Assembly: GCA_044222185.1 (NCBI GenBank)
Contig: JBGANV010000010.1
Span: 32,001 to 96,000 of the forward strand
From: Planctomycetota bacterium
GTDB lineage: Bacteria; Planctomycetota; GCA-002687715; CAIWVZ01
Reading direction: 5' to 3'
Length of the DNA stretch: 64,000 nucleotides
A program made the position numbers and the translations under genes. Below are positions 39,169 through 50,600 of the stretch, piece after piece. Every line of letters begins with the position of its first letter. The stretch's first letter is position 1. The notes under the pieces are model-generated. The model ran no database searches. It saw only the letters and a list, made by a program, of their open reading frames with translations, and was not told where the DNA came from.

Positions 39169-39358
39169 CGGCAGGGCTGGAGCCCTGCCATCCAGCCATG
39201 CAGAGCATGGCGTTCCGACGGAGCGCCAGGTTGAACCTGGCCGGATCGGCAGCGCTCGAGCGCTGCCGGGAACGTCGTGGGCGCGCGAGACGGTGGCTGT
39301 CGGCGATTGCCGGCAGGGCTGGAGCCGTGCCAACCGGCCATGCAAAGCCTGGCGTTCC
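39169..39358. repeat. REP/REPIN-like half unit plus a full 139-bp unit
   Basis: Half unit ends GCCATGCAGAGCATGGCGTTCC at 39216; full unit 39220-39358 runs GGAGCGCCAGGTTGAACCTGGC...GGCGTTCC; lies between convergent metH and msrA. Confidence 0.82.
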
Positions 39359-39379
39359 GGCGCTGCCGAGAACGTCGGA

Positions 39380-40066
39380 CTACTTCGGCAGGCCAAGCTT
39401 GTCGAGCTTGGGCGCGATCACGAAGCGACAGTAGCCCTGGGACTTGTTCTGCATGTAGTAGTCGCGGTGGTACTCCTCGGCAGGGTAGAAGATCCCGGCC
39501 TGCGTGATCTCGGTGACGATGGGGGACGCGAAGTGTCCCGAGGCGTTCTCCTCGGCCTTGCTCTTCTCGGCCGCCAGACGTTGCGACTCGGAGTGGTAGT
39601 AGATCGCCGACCGGTACTGGGTGCCCTCATCCGCGCCCTGGCGGTTCAACGTCGTAGGGTCGTGGAGCTTCCAGAACCACGCGAGCAGTTGCTCGTATGA
39701 CAGCCGCTTCGGGTCGAAACGGATCTGAAGGGCCTCGGCATGGCCGGTGTCACCCGTGCAGACCTGCTTGTAGGTCGGTGCGGGGGTCGAGCCTCCGGTG
39801 TAGCCCGGCATGACGGAGATGACGCCGTCGACCTGTTTCAGCACGGCTTCGATGCACCAGAAGCACCCTGCCGCGAGCGTTGCGGTTTCCGATTCAGCAC
39901 TTGAGCGCGAGGCTGCGGCGTCTGTCATGGGGCCGGAACTCCGAGAGGGTGTCGACGGGGCATCGGAGCAGCCGCTGGCGACGATCGCGAGAGCGACGGA
40001 GGTCGCCGCGCTGCGAACGAGCGAGCGGCAAGTTCGGGAGCGTCGTTGGATGTGACTCATGGGCAT
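39380..40066 (-). CDS. msrA: Peptide methionine sulfoxide reductase A with a lipoprotein-like signal
   Basis: AGCFWC, GYTGG, TGHAE, HDPTTLNRQG.D.GTQYRS, FYPAEEYH..YY, GYC; N-terminal LAIVASGC. Confidence 0.95.
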   Translation of the reverse strand: MPMSHIQRRSRTCRSLVRSAATSVALAIVASGCSDAPSTPSRSSGPMTDAAASRSSAESETATLAAGCFWCIEAVLKQVDGVISVMPGYTGGSTPAPTYKQVCTGDTGHAEALQIRFDPKRLSYEQLLAWFWKLHDPTTLNRQGADEGTQYRSAIYYHSESQRLAAEKSKAEENASGHFASPIVTEITQAGIFYPAEEYHRDYYMQNKSQGYCRFVIAPKLDKLGLPK

Positions 40067-40153
40067 GTCGACAGTATCCGATGCCGACGAACGGGTCGGG
40101 GTTCCGCTCCGGTCGGGGTTTCCGCGAGCTCAGCATGCTACGGTCCGCGCACC

Positions 40154-40786
40154 ATGGAACTGCCACTGGAGTCCGAATCCGCCCAGCGCCGCGCCCGAAC
40201 GTTCAATCGCCTGAAATCCGAAGGCGTGACCCCGCCCCGAAACGCCCCGGATGCGTTGACGACGAAGGACCTCGAGCGCCGAAAACCCGCGGACGTCGCG
40301 GATCGCGTTCTTTGTCTCGTCGCCGTCGCGACCAAGGCGTCGGGAGGGTCGACGGAGGACGTGAGCGCGCTCATCGAGCACTTCAAGCTGGCGAAGAAGC
40401 TCACGGCCGCCGAGCGCGCCTACCTGGACTCGGTCGAGGCGGACCCGCAGCTCGCGATCGAGATGACCTGGCGGTGGGAGAGTGCGGCGGCGCTCCTTTG
40501 GACGCTCGGACACCTTTCGGACCTCGGCAGGCCGGATCACGAATGCGAGGTCGCCCTCATCTCTCGCACGATCGAGAAGCTCGGGCGCGAGGGCCTCGCG
40601 AAGCAGGGCAAGTCGCCGCTGACGGTGGAGATCCTCGACGAGTTCGACGCCCAGCTCTGCTACTGCGCCGTCGCGACGTCCGCCATCAACGCGGGCAAGC
40701 GCCCGCCCACGAAGCTGAACGCCGGCGTGATCGACGAGCGGCGCCTCGCCCTGGAATGGGTGCTGACGGACTGCGAGTGGGAGTGA
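40154..40786 (+). CDS. DUF4272-like protein
   Basis: Pattern R.LCL..VA.KA...LT..ER.YL...WRWE.A.ALLW.LG...ERR.ALEW, recalled as typical of DUF4272. Confidence 0.65.
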   Translation: MELPLESESAQRRARTFNRLKSEGVTPPRNAPDALTTKDLERRKPADVADRVLCLVAVATKASGGSTEDVSALIEHFKLAKKLTAAERAYLDSVEADPQLAIEMTWRWESAAALLWTLGHLSDLGRPDHECEVALISRTIEKLGREGLAKQGKSPLTVEILDEFDAQLCYCAVATSAINAGKRPPTKLNAGVIDERRLALEWVLTDCEWE

Positions 40787-40835
40787 TCCCCGGGAATCTG
40801 CCGCGCGCGGAGGGCGGCGCGGCGCCCGGCGCGTC

Positions 40836-41906
40836 TCACTCGCCGGCGGAGACGCCGTCGCCGAGGCGGTCCCGGATCACCTCGATGAAGAGATCGACGA
40901 GGTCCGGATCGAAGATGCGGCCCCGCTCCGCACGCAGGAGGTCGATGGCCTCCGGAACCGGCATCGGCAGCCGATAGGGGCGCTTCGACGTGATCGAATC
41001 GAAATAGTCTGCGACGCACAGGATCCTGGCTTCGACGGGAATGTCGACGGAGCGCAACCCGTCGGGGTAGCCGCTCCCATCCCACCTCTCGTGGTGATGG
41101 CGAACGGCGAGGCGGATGTTCTCCGCGAGGAATGCCATGGGCCGAAGCATGTAGTCCCCGATCTCGGGGTGCCGTCGGATCGAGGTGAACTCCTCCTCCG
41201 TGAGTTTGCCCGGCTTGTTCAGGATTGCGTCGTCGATGGCGATCTTGCCGACGTCGTGCAGGAGCGCGGCGTCGTGGATCTGGCTCAACTGCGACTCGGG
41301 CAGTTGCAATTTTTCTCCCAAGGCGCGCGCAAATGCCGCCGTGCGCCGCCCGTGCCCGATGTTGAACTTGTCGCGTTCCTCGATCGCTCGAGCCAGCGCC
41401 ACCGCCGTCTGCATGGCGGCCTTGGCCTCGAACTCGCGCTGCTTCTTGAGATTGGCCAGTTCTTCCGCCTGGCGTTTCAGCTGCTGGCGCTCGCGTGCCC
41501 GCTCGATCGTGAGGAGGATCTTCTCGAAGTTGAACGGCTTGGTGAAGAAGTCGTAGGCGCCGCGGCGCATGGCCTGGATTGCAAATGAGATGTCGAGGTA
41601 GGCGGTGATCATGATCACCTCGACGCTCGATTCCATCTCCTTCAATTGCAGCAGCAGGTCGAGTCCCGACACGCGCGGCATGGAGATGTCCGTCAGGACG
41701 AGATCCTGGCGGTTGGCTGCGAACAACTCCTTCGCGACGATGGCGTCCTCCGCGCTGTCGACCTCGAAGCCGTGGTGCTCGAGGTAGGCGGCGAGGGACT
41801 TGCGAATCCCGCTCTCATCGTCGACCAGAAGAATCCGGTACGGGCGATTCTTCAGCGCCGGCGGACTCGACGGAGTCGTCGGCGCGGTTTGGACATCGAC
41901 GGTCAT
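40836..41906 (-). CDS. Response regulator with an HD-GYP cyclic-dinucleotide phosphodiesterase domain (RpfG-like)
   Basis: REC domain (ILLVDDE, LVLTDISMP, ITAY, FTKPF); LLHDVGK, HHERWDGSGYPDGL, VADYFDS.TS.RPYR. Confidence 0.95.
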   Translation of the reverse strand: MTVDVQTAPTTPSSPPALKNRPYRILLVDDESGIRKSLAAYLEHHGFEVDSAEDAIVAKELFAANRQDLVLTDISMPRVSGLDLLLQLKEMESSVEVIMITAYLDISFAIQAMRRGAYDFFTKPFNFEKILLTIERARERQQLKRQAEELANLKKQREFEAKAAMQTAVALARAIEERDKFNIGHGRRTAAFARALGEKLQLPESQLSQIHDAALLHDVGKIAIDDAILNKPGKLTEEEFTSIRRHPEIGDYMLRPMAFLAENIRLAVRHHHERWDGSGYPDGLRSVDIPVEARILCVADYFDSITSKRPYRLPMPVPEAIDLLRAERGRIFDPDLVDLFIEVIRDRLGDGVSAGE

Positions 41907-42014
41907 GACCGCGTGAACCGGGGCAGGGGAGTGGTGTTCATGGAACTCGCGACTGTGACGGATCGGCGAACGATCGAGTGTTGGGCAGGGAATCCATCGA
42001 GCAGTCGGGGCGGG

Positions 42015-42043
42015 ATTATAGAGTCGATTTTGGAGTTTTTCAG
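42015..42043 (-). promoter_or_regulatory. Putative sigma70 promoter of the HD-GYP gene
   Basis: Minus strand CTGAAA-N17-TATAAT in an AT-rich intergenic stretch. Confidence 0.55.
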
Positions 42044-42088
42044 TTCTTTCTGGATCCTCTCAGCAACTTTTCCACATGTTGTTTCGGA

Positions 42089-42856
42089 TCACTTCGGAGG
42101 CGCGGTTTCCTTCAACGTGAATGAGTCCCCCAGATAGAGGCGTCGCACCGCAGGGTCCGCAACCAGTTGTTGTGGTGTGCCCTCGCGGAGGATCTTCCCG
42201 TCGCCGATCACGTAGGACCTGTCCGTTATCGACAATGTTTCGCGCGCGTTGTGGTCAGTCAGGAGGACCGCCAAACCTGCATTCGAGAGATCTCGCACGA
42301 TCGACTGAATTTCTTCGACGGCTTTCGGGTCCACTCCAACGAACGGCTCATCGAGAAGGATGAGCATCGGCCGGCGCGCGAGGACCCGCGAGATCTCGAG
42401 GCGTCGCCGCTCACCGCCCGAAAGCGTGTCCGCGCGTTGTGCCCGTCGCCCCGTCAGGTGCAATCGCTCGAGCATCTCGTCGACGATCTCGGCGCGGTCG
42501 GTCTTCGTGAGCTCGGGCATCCACTCGAGTACGGCCTTCAAGTTCTCCTCGACGGTGAGGCCGCGGAACACGCTCGGCTCCTGTGCGAGGTAGCCCATGC
42601 CGCGTCGCGCGCGTTCGTGAATCGGTGACTCGGTGACGTCCGATTCGTTGAACGTGATCTGGCCGCCGTCGGGCCGCAGCAGCCCGATCATCATGCGGAA
42701 CGTCGTCGTCTTGCCCGCTCCGTTGGGCCCGAGCAAGCCGACGACCTCGCCGGCGGCGACGTGGAGCGAGACCCCGCTGACGACGGTCCTGCGGCCGAAT
42801 CGCTTCTCCAGCTCCGTCGCGACGAGCAGCGGCGGCGTCTGAGTGGGATCGTTCAC
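42089..42856 (-). CDS. lptB: LPS export ABC ATPase LptB
   Basis: GLLGPNGAGKTT, GYLAQEPSVFR.LTVEENL, LSGGERRRLEI, LDEPFVGVDP, TDHNARETL. Confidence 0.95.
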   Translation of the reverse strand: MNDPTQTPPLLVATELEKRFGRRTVVSGVSLHVAAGEVVGLLGPNGAGKTTTFRMMIGLLRPDGGQITFNESDVTESPIHERARRGMGYLAQEPSVFRGLTVEENLKAVLEWMPELTKTDRAEIVDEMLERLHLTGRRAQRADTLSGGERRRLEISRVLARRPMLILLDEPFVGVDPKAVEEIQSIVRDLSNAGLAVLLTDHNARETLSITDRSYVIGDGKILREGTPQQLVADPAVRRLYLGDSFTLKETAPPK

Positions 42857-44415
42857 CGCAGGATCCGAGGTCGGACGAAGAACACGATGGCGGCGCGACC
42901 GACGACGTAGGCACGCGGGGTGTAATGGTCGTAGACGGCGTAGACGGTCGGATCCACCGCGTTGATGTCATCGACCTCCGGCGCGCGGACTTCGTTCGTG
43001 ATGGGATCCAGGATGTCGAAGAGCTTCGGCCGCAGGTGATGCAGGTTCCCCTGCACGTCGATAAACGCCGGCTTGTTGTCGTCGTTCATGAACGGGTTGT
43101 GGCCCCGCCGCACGTTCTCGATGCGGTCGGAAACGGCCTCGAAGTCGCCATCGAGGATCCGCCCCGGGTCGGTCGGGCTCGTCCGCATGCGGATCCGGGA
43201 TCGCCGCCAGCCTCGGGCGTCGAGGGAATTCGGCGAGTTGTCGCCCAGCATCAGGTACGAGCCCTTGGGGACCTCGAACTCGTCGGTGTGACCGTCGAAC
43301 CTGGTGTAGTGCACGTCCCGGAAGATCGCGATGCGCGACACCGCGCCGCTCCCCGTGTGCACCCCGAGTTTCACGATCGCTGCGCCGCGGTTCCCACCCG
43401 CGACGTCCACGGGCGCAACCACGTAGTCGTAGCGGAACACTTCGCGGCCGTCGATGCGGACGACGATGCGGTGGTCGACGTGATCCACCTCGATCGGTGT
43501 CGATGTGCCCGGCTTGATCCTGACGGCTGCGAACTCGGCCGTCGTCAGGTCCTTGGATCCATGGAGCGCGCGTGATGCCTGGCCTCCGTCGACGCCGCAT
43601 TCGACGCGTATCGACTGCCCGGGCTGCGCTGGATCGTGAACCTCGACGACGATTGCGCCGGCGCCCGTGTCTGGCTGCGCGTCGAACCGCACGCGCACGT
43701 CAGCCACGGCCTCGTCGCCGCCCTGCCGCCCCTTCGCGTCGGCCGCGTTCGGGTCCGTGCGAGCGTTCGTGATTCCGGACCGCGTCTTGATGAGGCGGTC
43801 CCCGTTGGCCGTCGCTTTCAGCACCACCGCCTTGCGGGCCGCGTCGAACTCCGGATCCGGGTCGGCGCGCGAGTTCTCCGTCTCCACCTGCCAGCGCGCG
43901 ATCAGTTGGGCGCGGGTCAGACCATCGACCTCCTCGCTCGGGATGACGGGGTTCGCGTCGAAGATCGCGTCCTGGACCGAGTCGGGCTTGCGCGTCACGG
44001 CGAAATTCGTCCCGCCCGTGGGGTCGGCATAGACCTGGCCGTGCCAGAGCTTGATCCGTTCGCCCGAGAGCCCCACGGCGCGCTTCACGTAGTTGACGAG
44101 GCGCGAGAGCGGGTACTTGAAGACGACGATGTCGTACCGCTCGGGGTCATTGACCATGTAGGCGAACCGATCGACCAGGATGCGGTCGCCCATGTCGCCA
44201 CGGCCGATGATCACCGGTTCCATCGACTCCGTGGGGACCTGGAACGTGTCGAAGGTGAACTGCTTCAGGAGCAGCGCCATCGCGATCGCGACGGTGAAGC
44301 CTTCGAGCTGGCGTCGCAGGAAACCTGGCGAGTTGGTCGTCGCCGAGCTCGGGGCCTTCCGGAGTGTGACCCCGGCGATCAGTTCGGACGTTACGAGCGA
44401 AAGCCAGCTGCTCAT
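42853..44415 (-). CDS. lepB: Signal peptidase I with a large inserted beta-rich domain
   Basis: Catalytic Ser (VPTESMEP) and Lys (NYVKR); LGDNSPNSLDAR; follows lepA. Confidence 0.92.
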   Translation of the reverse strand: MSSWLSLVTSELIAGVTLRKAPSSATTNSPGFLRRQLEGFTVAIAMALLLKQFTFDTFQVPTESMEPVIIGRGDMGDRILVDRFAYMVNDPERYDIVVFKYPLSRLVNYVKRAVGLSGERIKLWHGQVYADPTGGTNFAVTRKPDSVQDAIFDANPVIPSEEVDGLTRAQLIARWQVETENSRADPDPEFDAARKAVVLKATANGDRLIKTRSGITNARTDPNAADAKGRQGGDEAVADVRVRFDAQPDTGAGAIVVEVHDPAQPGQSIRVECGVDGGQASRALHGSKDLTTAEFAAVRIKPGTSTPIEVDHVDHRIVVRIDGREVFRYDYVVAPVDVAGGNRGAAIVKLGVHTGSGAVSRIAIFRDVHYTRFDGHTDEFEVPKGSYLMLGDNSPNSLDARGWRRSRIRMRTSPTDPGRILDGDFEAVSDRIENVRRGHNPFMNDDNKPAFIDVQGNLHHLRPKLFDILDPITNEVRAPEVDDINAVDPTVYAVYDHYTPRAYVVGRAAIVFFVRPRILR

Positions 44416-44496
44416 GGCGACGAAGTCCTCCCGGGACGGCCGGGAAGGATGACCGCATGGCGCTGGCGCGGCAAGAGGGCGCGGAGCCCTCCCGCG

Positions 44497-46304
<1,808 letters not shown>

Positions 46305-46308
<4 letters not shown>

Positions 46309-46922
46309 GGCCTCGGGCTTTTGGCGAGGATCGCGGGCAGGGCTTCTCGGAGCTTCTGCAACGCGATCCCGCGGTGTGAGATTCGGTCCTTCTCGTCCGG
46401 CGACAGCTCCCCGAAACTCCTCGGTCCGGTCCCGACGAGAAACAGCGGATCATACCCGAATCCGCCCGAACCTCTCGGCTCGCGCGCAATCCGTCCCTCG
46501 CAGGTTCCCGACGTATCGAACAGCACGCGTTCGGGGGTGGCGAGGACGAGGACGCACCGGTATCGGGCGGTCCGACGGGCATCGGCCACGTCGCGGAGTT
46601 CGTGGAGGAGTCTGGCGTTGTTCGCCGCGTCGTTCGACGGGCGGCCGGCGAAGTAGGCGCTGTCGACTCCGGGCTCGCCCCCGAGCGCGTCGACCTCGAG
46701 ACCCGAGTCGTCAGCGAGCGTGAGTAGGCCCGTGAACCGGGCGTACTCCAGCGCTTTCGCCGTGGCGTTTGCGAGAAACGTCCTGTGCGGTTCGTCGGGG
46801 GAAGGCGGCGGCGGATCGAAGTCGGACGGACAGACGATCTTCACGCCGCGGCCGTCGAGCCTCCGGCGTAACTCCGCGAGCTTCTTCGCGTTGCCCGAAC
46901 CGACGAACAGGGGCGTCGTCAT
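46305..46922 (-). CDS. rdgB: dITP/XTP pyrophosphatase (Ham1 family)
   Basis: GSGNAKKLAE, ADDSGLEVDALGGEPGV.SA, GFGYDPLF, KDRISHRG. Confidence 0.95.
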
Positions 46923-47647
46923 CAGGCCCCGTCCAGCGCGTGCACCTGAGCGTGGAAGACGCGCCGGATTCCGCTCTCGGCCAGGCTCAGGGCTCGGGTG
47001 AAATCCGCGCCGGTGAACGGGTTCTTCTCCGCCGACGCCTGGACTTCGACGAAGCGGCCGTCCCCCGTCATGACGACGTTCATGTCGGCGTCAGCCTGGG
47101 AGTCCTCCGGATAATCGAGGTCGAGCAGGAGTTCGCCTTTGACGATGCCGAGCGAGATCGCGCCGACGGCCGTGCGAATGACCGGGCGTGCCACCTTGCC
47201 CTCGCGCGTCAGTCGCCGCACGGCATCGCAGAGGGCCACGTACGCGCCGTTGATGCTGGCCGTTCGCGTGCCACCGTCCGCTTCGATCACGTCACAGTCG
47301 ACGTGCAGCGTGCGCTCGCCGAGTGCGGCAAGGTCGACGATGGGCCGCAGCGAACGGCCGACGAGTCGCTGGATCTCCGCGGTGCGGCCGTCGACCCCCG
47401 AACCGCGGCGGCCCTCTCGCGGCTTCCGTCGCAACGTGGACCCGGGAAGCATGGCGTATTCGGCGGTGACCCATCCGCTCCCGCGTCCGGCCATCCAGTC
47501 CGGAACGGATTCGTCGACACTGACGGTGCAGATGACGCGGGTTCGACCGGTCGAGACGAGGCACGACCCTGCAGCGGAACCTATGAATCCGCGGTGGAAC
47601 GAGATCTCGCGAATGGCGTCCGGGGATCGTCCTTCTTGCCTGGGCAT
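46922..47647 (-). CDS. rph: Ribonuclease PH
   Basis: Starts MPRQEGRSPDAIREI (ATG 47647); GWVTAEYAMLPGST, GRTAEIQRLVGRSLR, DCDVIEADGGTRTASI, LDLDYPEDS.AD.DMNVVM. Confidence 0.97.
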   Translation of the reverse strand: MPRQEGRSPDAIREISFHRGFIGSAAGSCLVSTGRTRVICTVSVDESVPDWMAGRGSGWVTAEYAMLPGSTLRRKPREGRRGSGVDGRTAEIQRLVGRSLRPIVDLAALGERTLHVDCDVIEADGGTRTASINGAYVALCDAVRRLTREGKVARPVIRTAVGAISLGIVKGELLLDLDYPEDSQADADMNVVMTGDGRFVEVQASAEKNPFTGADFTRALSLAESGIRRVFHAQVHALDGA

Positions 47648-47776
47648 GGCGCGAGGTTGTAGCTTGCGTTCCTCGCGCGGCGAAGGCGTTTTTGGTCGGG
47701 CCGCCGTCGTTCGAGGAGTCGTCGCCGGTCTCTCGACGACGACCGTGATCACCCTCCTGGCGGGGCGGGACGCGAA

Positions 47777-49093
47777 ATGAATGGAAGCGACACACAACGC
47801 GACGGCCCGGAAAGAGCGCCGCCGCCATCCGATCCGCGCGCGCGGCTCCGCGAGCAGGCGCTGAAGCAGAAGCGCCGCACGAGGTTCCTGACACGGACTC
47901 GAATCGCCGTCTGGGCCGTCGTCCTCGGTCTCGCGTTGGTCTCGAAGTTCGCGCTGAAGGCGCAGTGGGACCGGATCCTGAAAGGCGGTGGCGGTGGCGG
48001 TGACGGTGACGGTGCCGGTGCCGACGTGGCCGCCGAGGCCGAGGGTACATCGGGTGCGTCGAGGTGGATCGTGAGGCGATTCGACGAAATCGCCGAACGC
48101 GACGGAAGCCAGCTGCGGTTCGTGCCCGTGAGGGTCTTCGGCGCCGTCGGAACGGGGCCGCCCGGTGCGGCGCCCATTTTCGTCACTTCGAACATCGGTA
48201 GGTGCGACTGGATCGAGTATCCCGCGGCTGCCGCCGCCGGCGCGCGAGCCTTTCCCACCGACGGGGATGTCGTCGACCTCGACGTCGTCTCGCGTGATGC
48301 GGGAGCCGAGTGGCCCGATGAGCTCGTCCTTGGGGTCCGTGTCGGCGATCTCGTCGGTGCGACGCGCGGCGAGCTGTGCGTCGTCGGACTCGACGGGGCG
48401 CGCCGCCTCTGTCGGGTCTTCCCCAATCCGGTGAACGCCGTCGCCGGTGGCGTGCTCCGCGACGTCGGCAAGGTCTATTGCGCACTGCTCGGAGCCGGCG
48501 AGGTCGTCACGATTCGCGCCGACGGACGGGTCCTCGCGCACGATCGGCTCGAGCACGCCGTCGACCGGATCTGGATCACGAAAGGCGACGAGTCGACCGC
48601 CGCGGCGATCTGGTGTCGGGGGCGCGACGGGAGGCCCTTCGCGACGGATCTCCCGAAGGATCGACAGGCCGGCGGAGTGATCGACGCCGCGCGGGATGTT
48701 CCGGTCGAGCGCGTCACTGCGGCCGCGTGGGCCGGACGCTTCGACGATGCGACGTCGCTGCTCCACCAACAGGGGGTGGTGATCGGCGCCGGGACTCCCA
48801 GGGAGGATCTCGCCGTGCTTGCAACGACCCTCGCGCTCCGGGGATTCGAACGGCGCGAGGCCGCGAACCTCGTGGTCGCGATCACGGACGTCCTGGCCGC
48901 GTCCGAGCTGCCGGGCGCGGCCCGGGCGCGGGCCGCCGTCGTCTGGGCACAGGGAGAGGCTCGGCTCTTCCTGCGCGAGGCGGGGGCCTCAGCGTCGGCT
49001 CGGACTGCAAGCGGACTGTGTCCCCCAACCGATGATCGTCTTCGCCGGCTCATCGAGGACCTGGATGCCCGCGCACACCAAGCGGGACTTTGA
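47777..49093 (+). CDS. Hypothetical single-pass membrane protein
   Basis: Basic N terminus, one TM (IAVWAVVLGLALVS), Gly-rich linker, beta-rich middle and helical C terminus; fills the gap between rph and the kinase gene. Confidence 0.6.
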   Translation: MNGSDTQRDGPERAPPPSDPRARLREQALKQKRRTRFLTRTRIAVWAVVLGLALVSKFALKAQWDRILKGGGGGGDGDGAGADVAAEAEGTSGASRWIVRRFDEIAERDGSQLRFVPVRVFGAVGTGPPGAAPIFVTSNIGRCDWIEYPAAAAAGARAFPTDGDVVDLDVVSRDAGAEWPDELVLGVRVGDLVGATRGELCVVGLDGARRLCRVFPNPVNAVAGGVLRDVGKVYCALLGAGEVVTIRADGRVLAHDRLEHAVDRIWITKGDESTAAAIWCRGRDGRPFATDLPKDRQAGGVIDAARDVPVERVTAAAWAGRFDDATSLLHQQGVVIGAGTPREDLAVLATTLALRGFERREAANLVVAITDVLAASELPGAARARAAVVWAQGEARLFLREAGASASARTASGLCPPTDDRLRRLIEDLDARAHQAGL

Positions 49094-49112
49094 TGCCGCC
49101 TCGGCCTATCCC

Positions 49113-50600
49113 CTATGACCGTGCGGACGGCGTGGCGGGCAGCGTCACGCGAATCGTCGTCCCAGACCCGATCGCGCTCGATGCGCCGACGGTGCCGCCG
49201 TGATTCGTGACGATGGCCTTCACGAGGGAAAGTCCAAGACCGGCGCCGCCGTGGTCGCGGCCGCGGTCGTCGTCGACACGGAAGAAGCGGTCGAAGATCC
49301 GCGGCAGCTGCTCCGGCGCGATCCCGATGCCCTCGTCGCTGACCTCGACGACGACGTGTTCGTTCGAACGTGACACGCGGACGTTCACCGTGCCGGGACG
49401 CTCGCTGTAGCGAACGGCATTCGCGATCAGATTGCTGATCACGATCCCGAGCTGCTCGCGCCGGCCGAGGACGTGAGTGATTCCCTGTGCGGTTACCACG
49501 AGACGGAGCTGTTTCTCCGTCGCCGTCGGGCGGTGGACGGCGGCGGCCTCCTCGGCGACCGGTGCTATGTCCACGTCGGTCAGGTCCTCGGTGAGCGTCT
49601 GGGCATCGGCGCGTGCGAGCGCGAGCAGGGCTTCGGTGACCCCCTCGATCCTCCGGATCGCGGAGAGGATGTCGACGAGCGTGTCGCGGTACTCCTGCGG
49701 TTCTCGAGGCCGGCGGAGCGCGACTTCCGCCTGGCTCTTGATGATCGCGATCGGCGTCCGAAGTTCGTGCGAGGCGTCGGCCGTGAACCGGCGTTCGTTG
49801 TCGAACGTGGCCCTCAGCCGATCGAACGTCGCGTTGAGCGTGTCCGACAGTGAGTCGAGTTCGTCGCGCGTGCCGGGTTTGGTGACGTGATCGTTCGGAT
49901 CCTCCAGTCGGATCCGGGCCGCCGCCGCCGCGATCCTGCCGATGGGGTCGACGATCCGTTTCGCTGCAAACCGCCCGGAGAGCACGCCAAACGCGATGAT
50001 GAACGGCACGCTCACCGCCATGCTCGCGACCAGCGCTTGCAGTGCTCCCTCGATGCCAGCGAGGTCCTGGGCGACCACGACGATCACGTCCGGCGGGGTG
50101 ACCTTCGTCTGCTCTGCGATGGGGAGTGACGTCGCCAACGACGACATGAGCGTGCCCTGGCGACGGGCGGCGTGGACGCGGACCTCTCTGCCGTCGGTCG
50201 GATCCACCACCGTGTCCGTCAGGCCGGCGTCCCGATCCTCGGCCGCATCGAGCTTCCGCTGGATCTCCGAGATCTCGACGGGGAACCGGTGCTCCGGGGT
50301 GTTCGGGGAACCGGCGATCAACCGGAGAGTCGCCGCGTCGTGAATCACGAACCGCAGGCGATGTTCGCTCGCGCCGAAGCGTGCGCGGACCTGTTGGGGC
50401 AGTTCGACGGACACCTTCTGCCCGTCGGTTCTCGTCACGTTCGCCAAGATGTCTGCCCAGTCGTCGAGACTGGCGTCGAGCGCTTCGACGAGGCCTCGTC
50501 GGGTCAGCGTGTAGATGAACACGGAGCGCACCACGATCACGGCGAGAAGCGTCGCCACGAGCCAGACGACGATCTTCGCGCGGATCGAGAGCGCTTTCAC
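49113..50600 (-). CDS. Two-component sensor histidine kinase (HAMP, HisKA, HATPase; CusS/QseC-like)
   Basis: GTG start overlapping the regulator stop; two TMs; RFTADASHELRTP H-box; NLIANAVRY, DEGIGI, IFDRFFR, GAGLGLS. Confidence 0.94.
   Translation of the reverse strand: MKALSIRAKIVVWLVATLLAVIVVRSVFIYTLTRRGLVEALDASLDDWADILANVTRTDGQKVSVELPQQVRARFGASEHRLRFVIHDAATLRLIAGSPNTPEHRFPVEISEIQRKLDAAEDRDAGLTDTVVDPTDGREVRVHAARRQGTLMSSLATSLPIAEQTKVTPPDVIVVVAQDLAGIEGALQALVASMAVSVPFIIAFGVLSGRFAAKRIVDPIGRIAAAAARIRLEDPNDHVTKPGTRDELDSLSDTLNATFDRLRATFDNERRFTADASHELRTPIAIIKSQAEVALRRPREPQEYRDTLVDILSAIRRIEGVTEALLALARADAQTLTEDLTDVDIAPVAEEAAAVHRPTATEKQLRLVVTAQGITHVLGRREQLGIVISNLIANAVRYSERPGTVNVRVSRSNEHVVVEVSDEGIGIAPEQLPRIFDRFFRVDDDRGRDHGGAGLGLSLVKAIVTNHGGTVGASSAIGSGTTIRVTLPATPSARS

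Noticed and set aside
42068-42076. DnaA-box match (TTTTCCACA) as a sign of oriC
   Set aside because: A single box with no cluster, no unwinding element and no dnaA/dnaN context.
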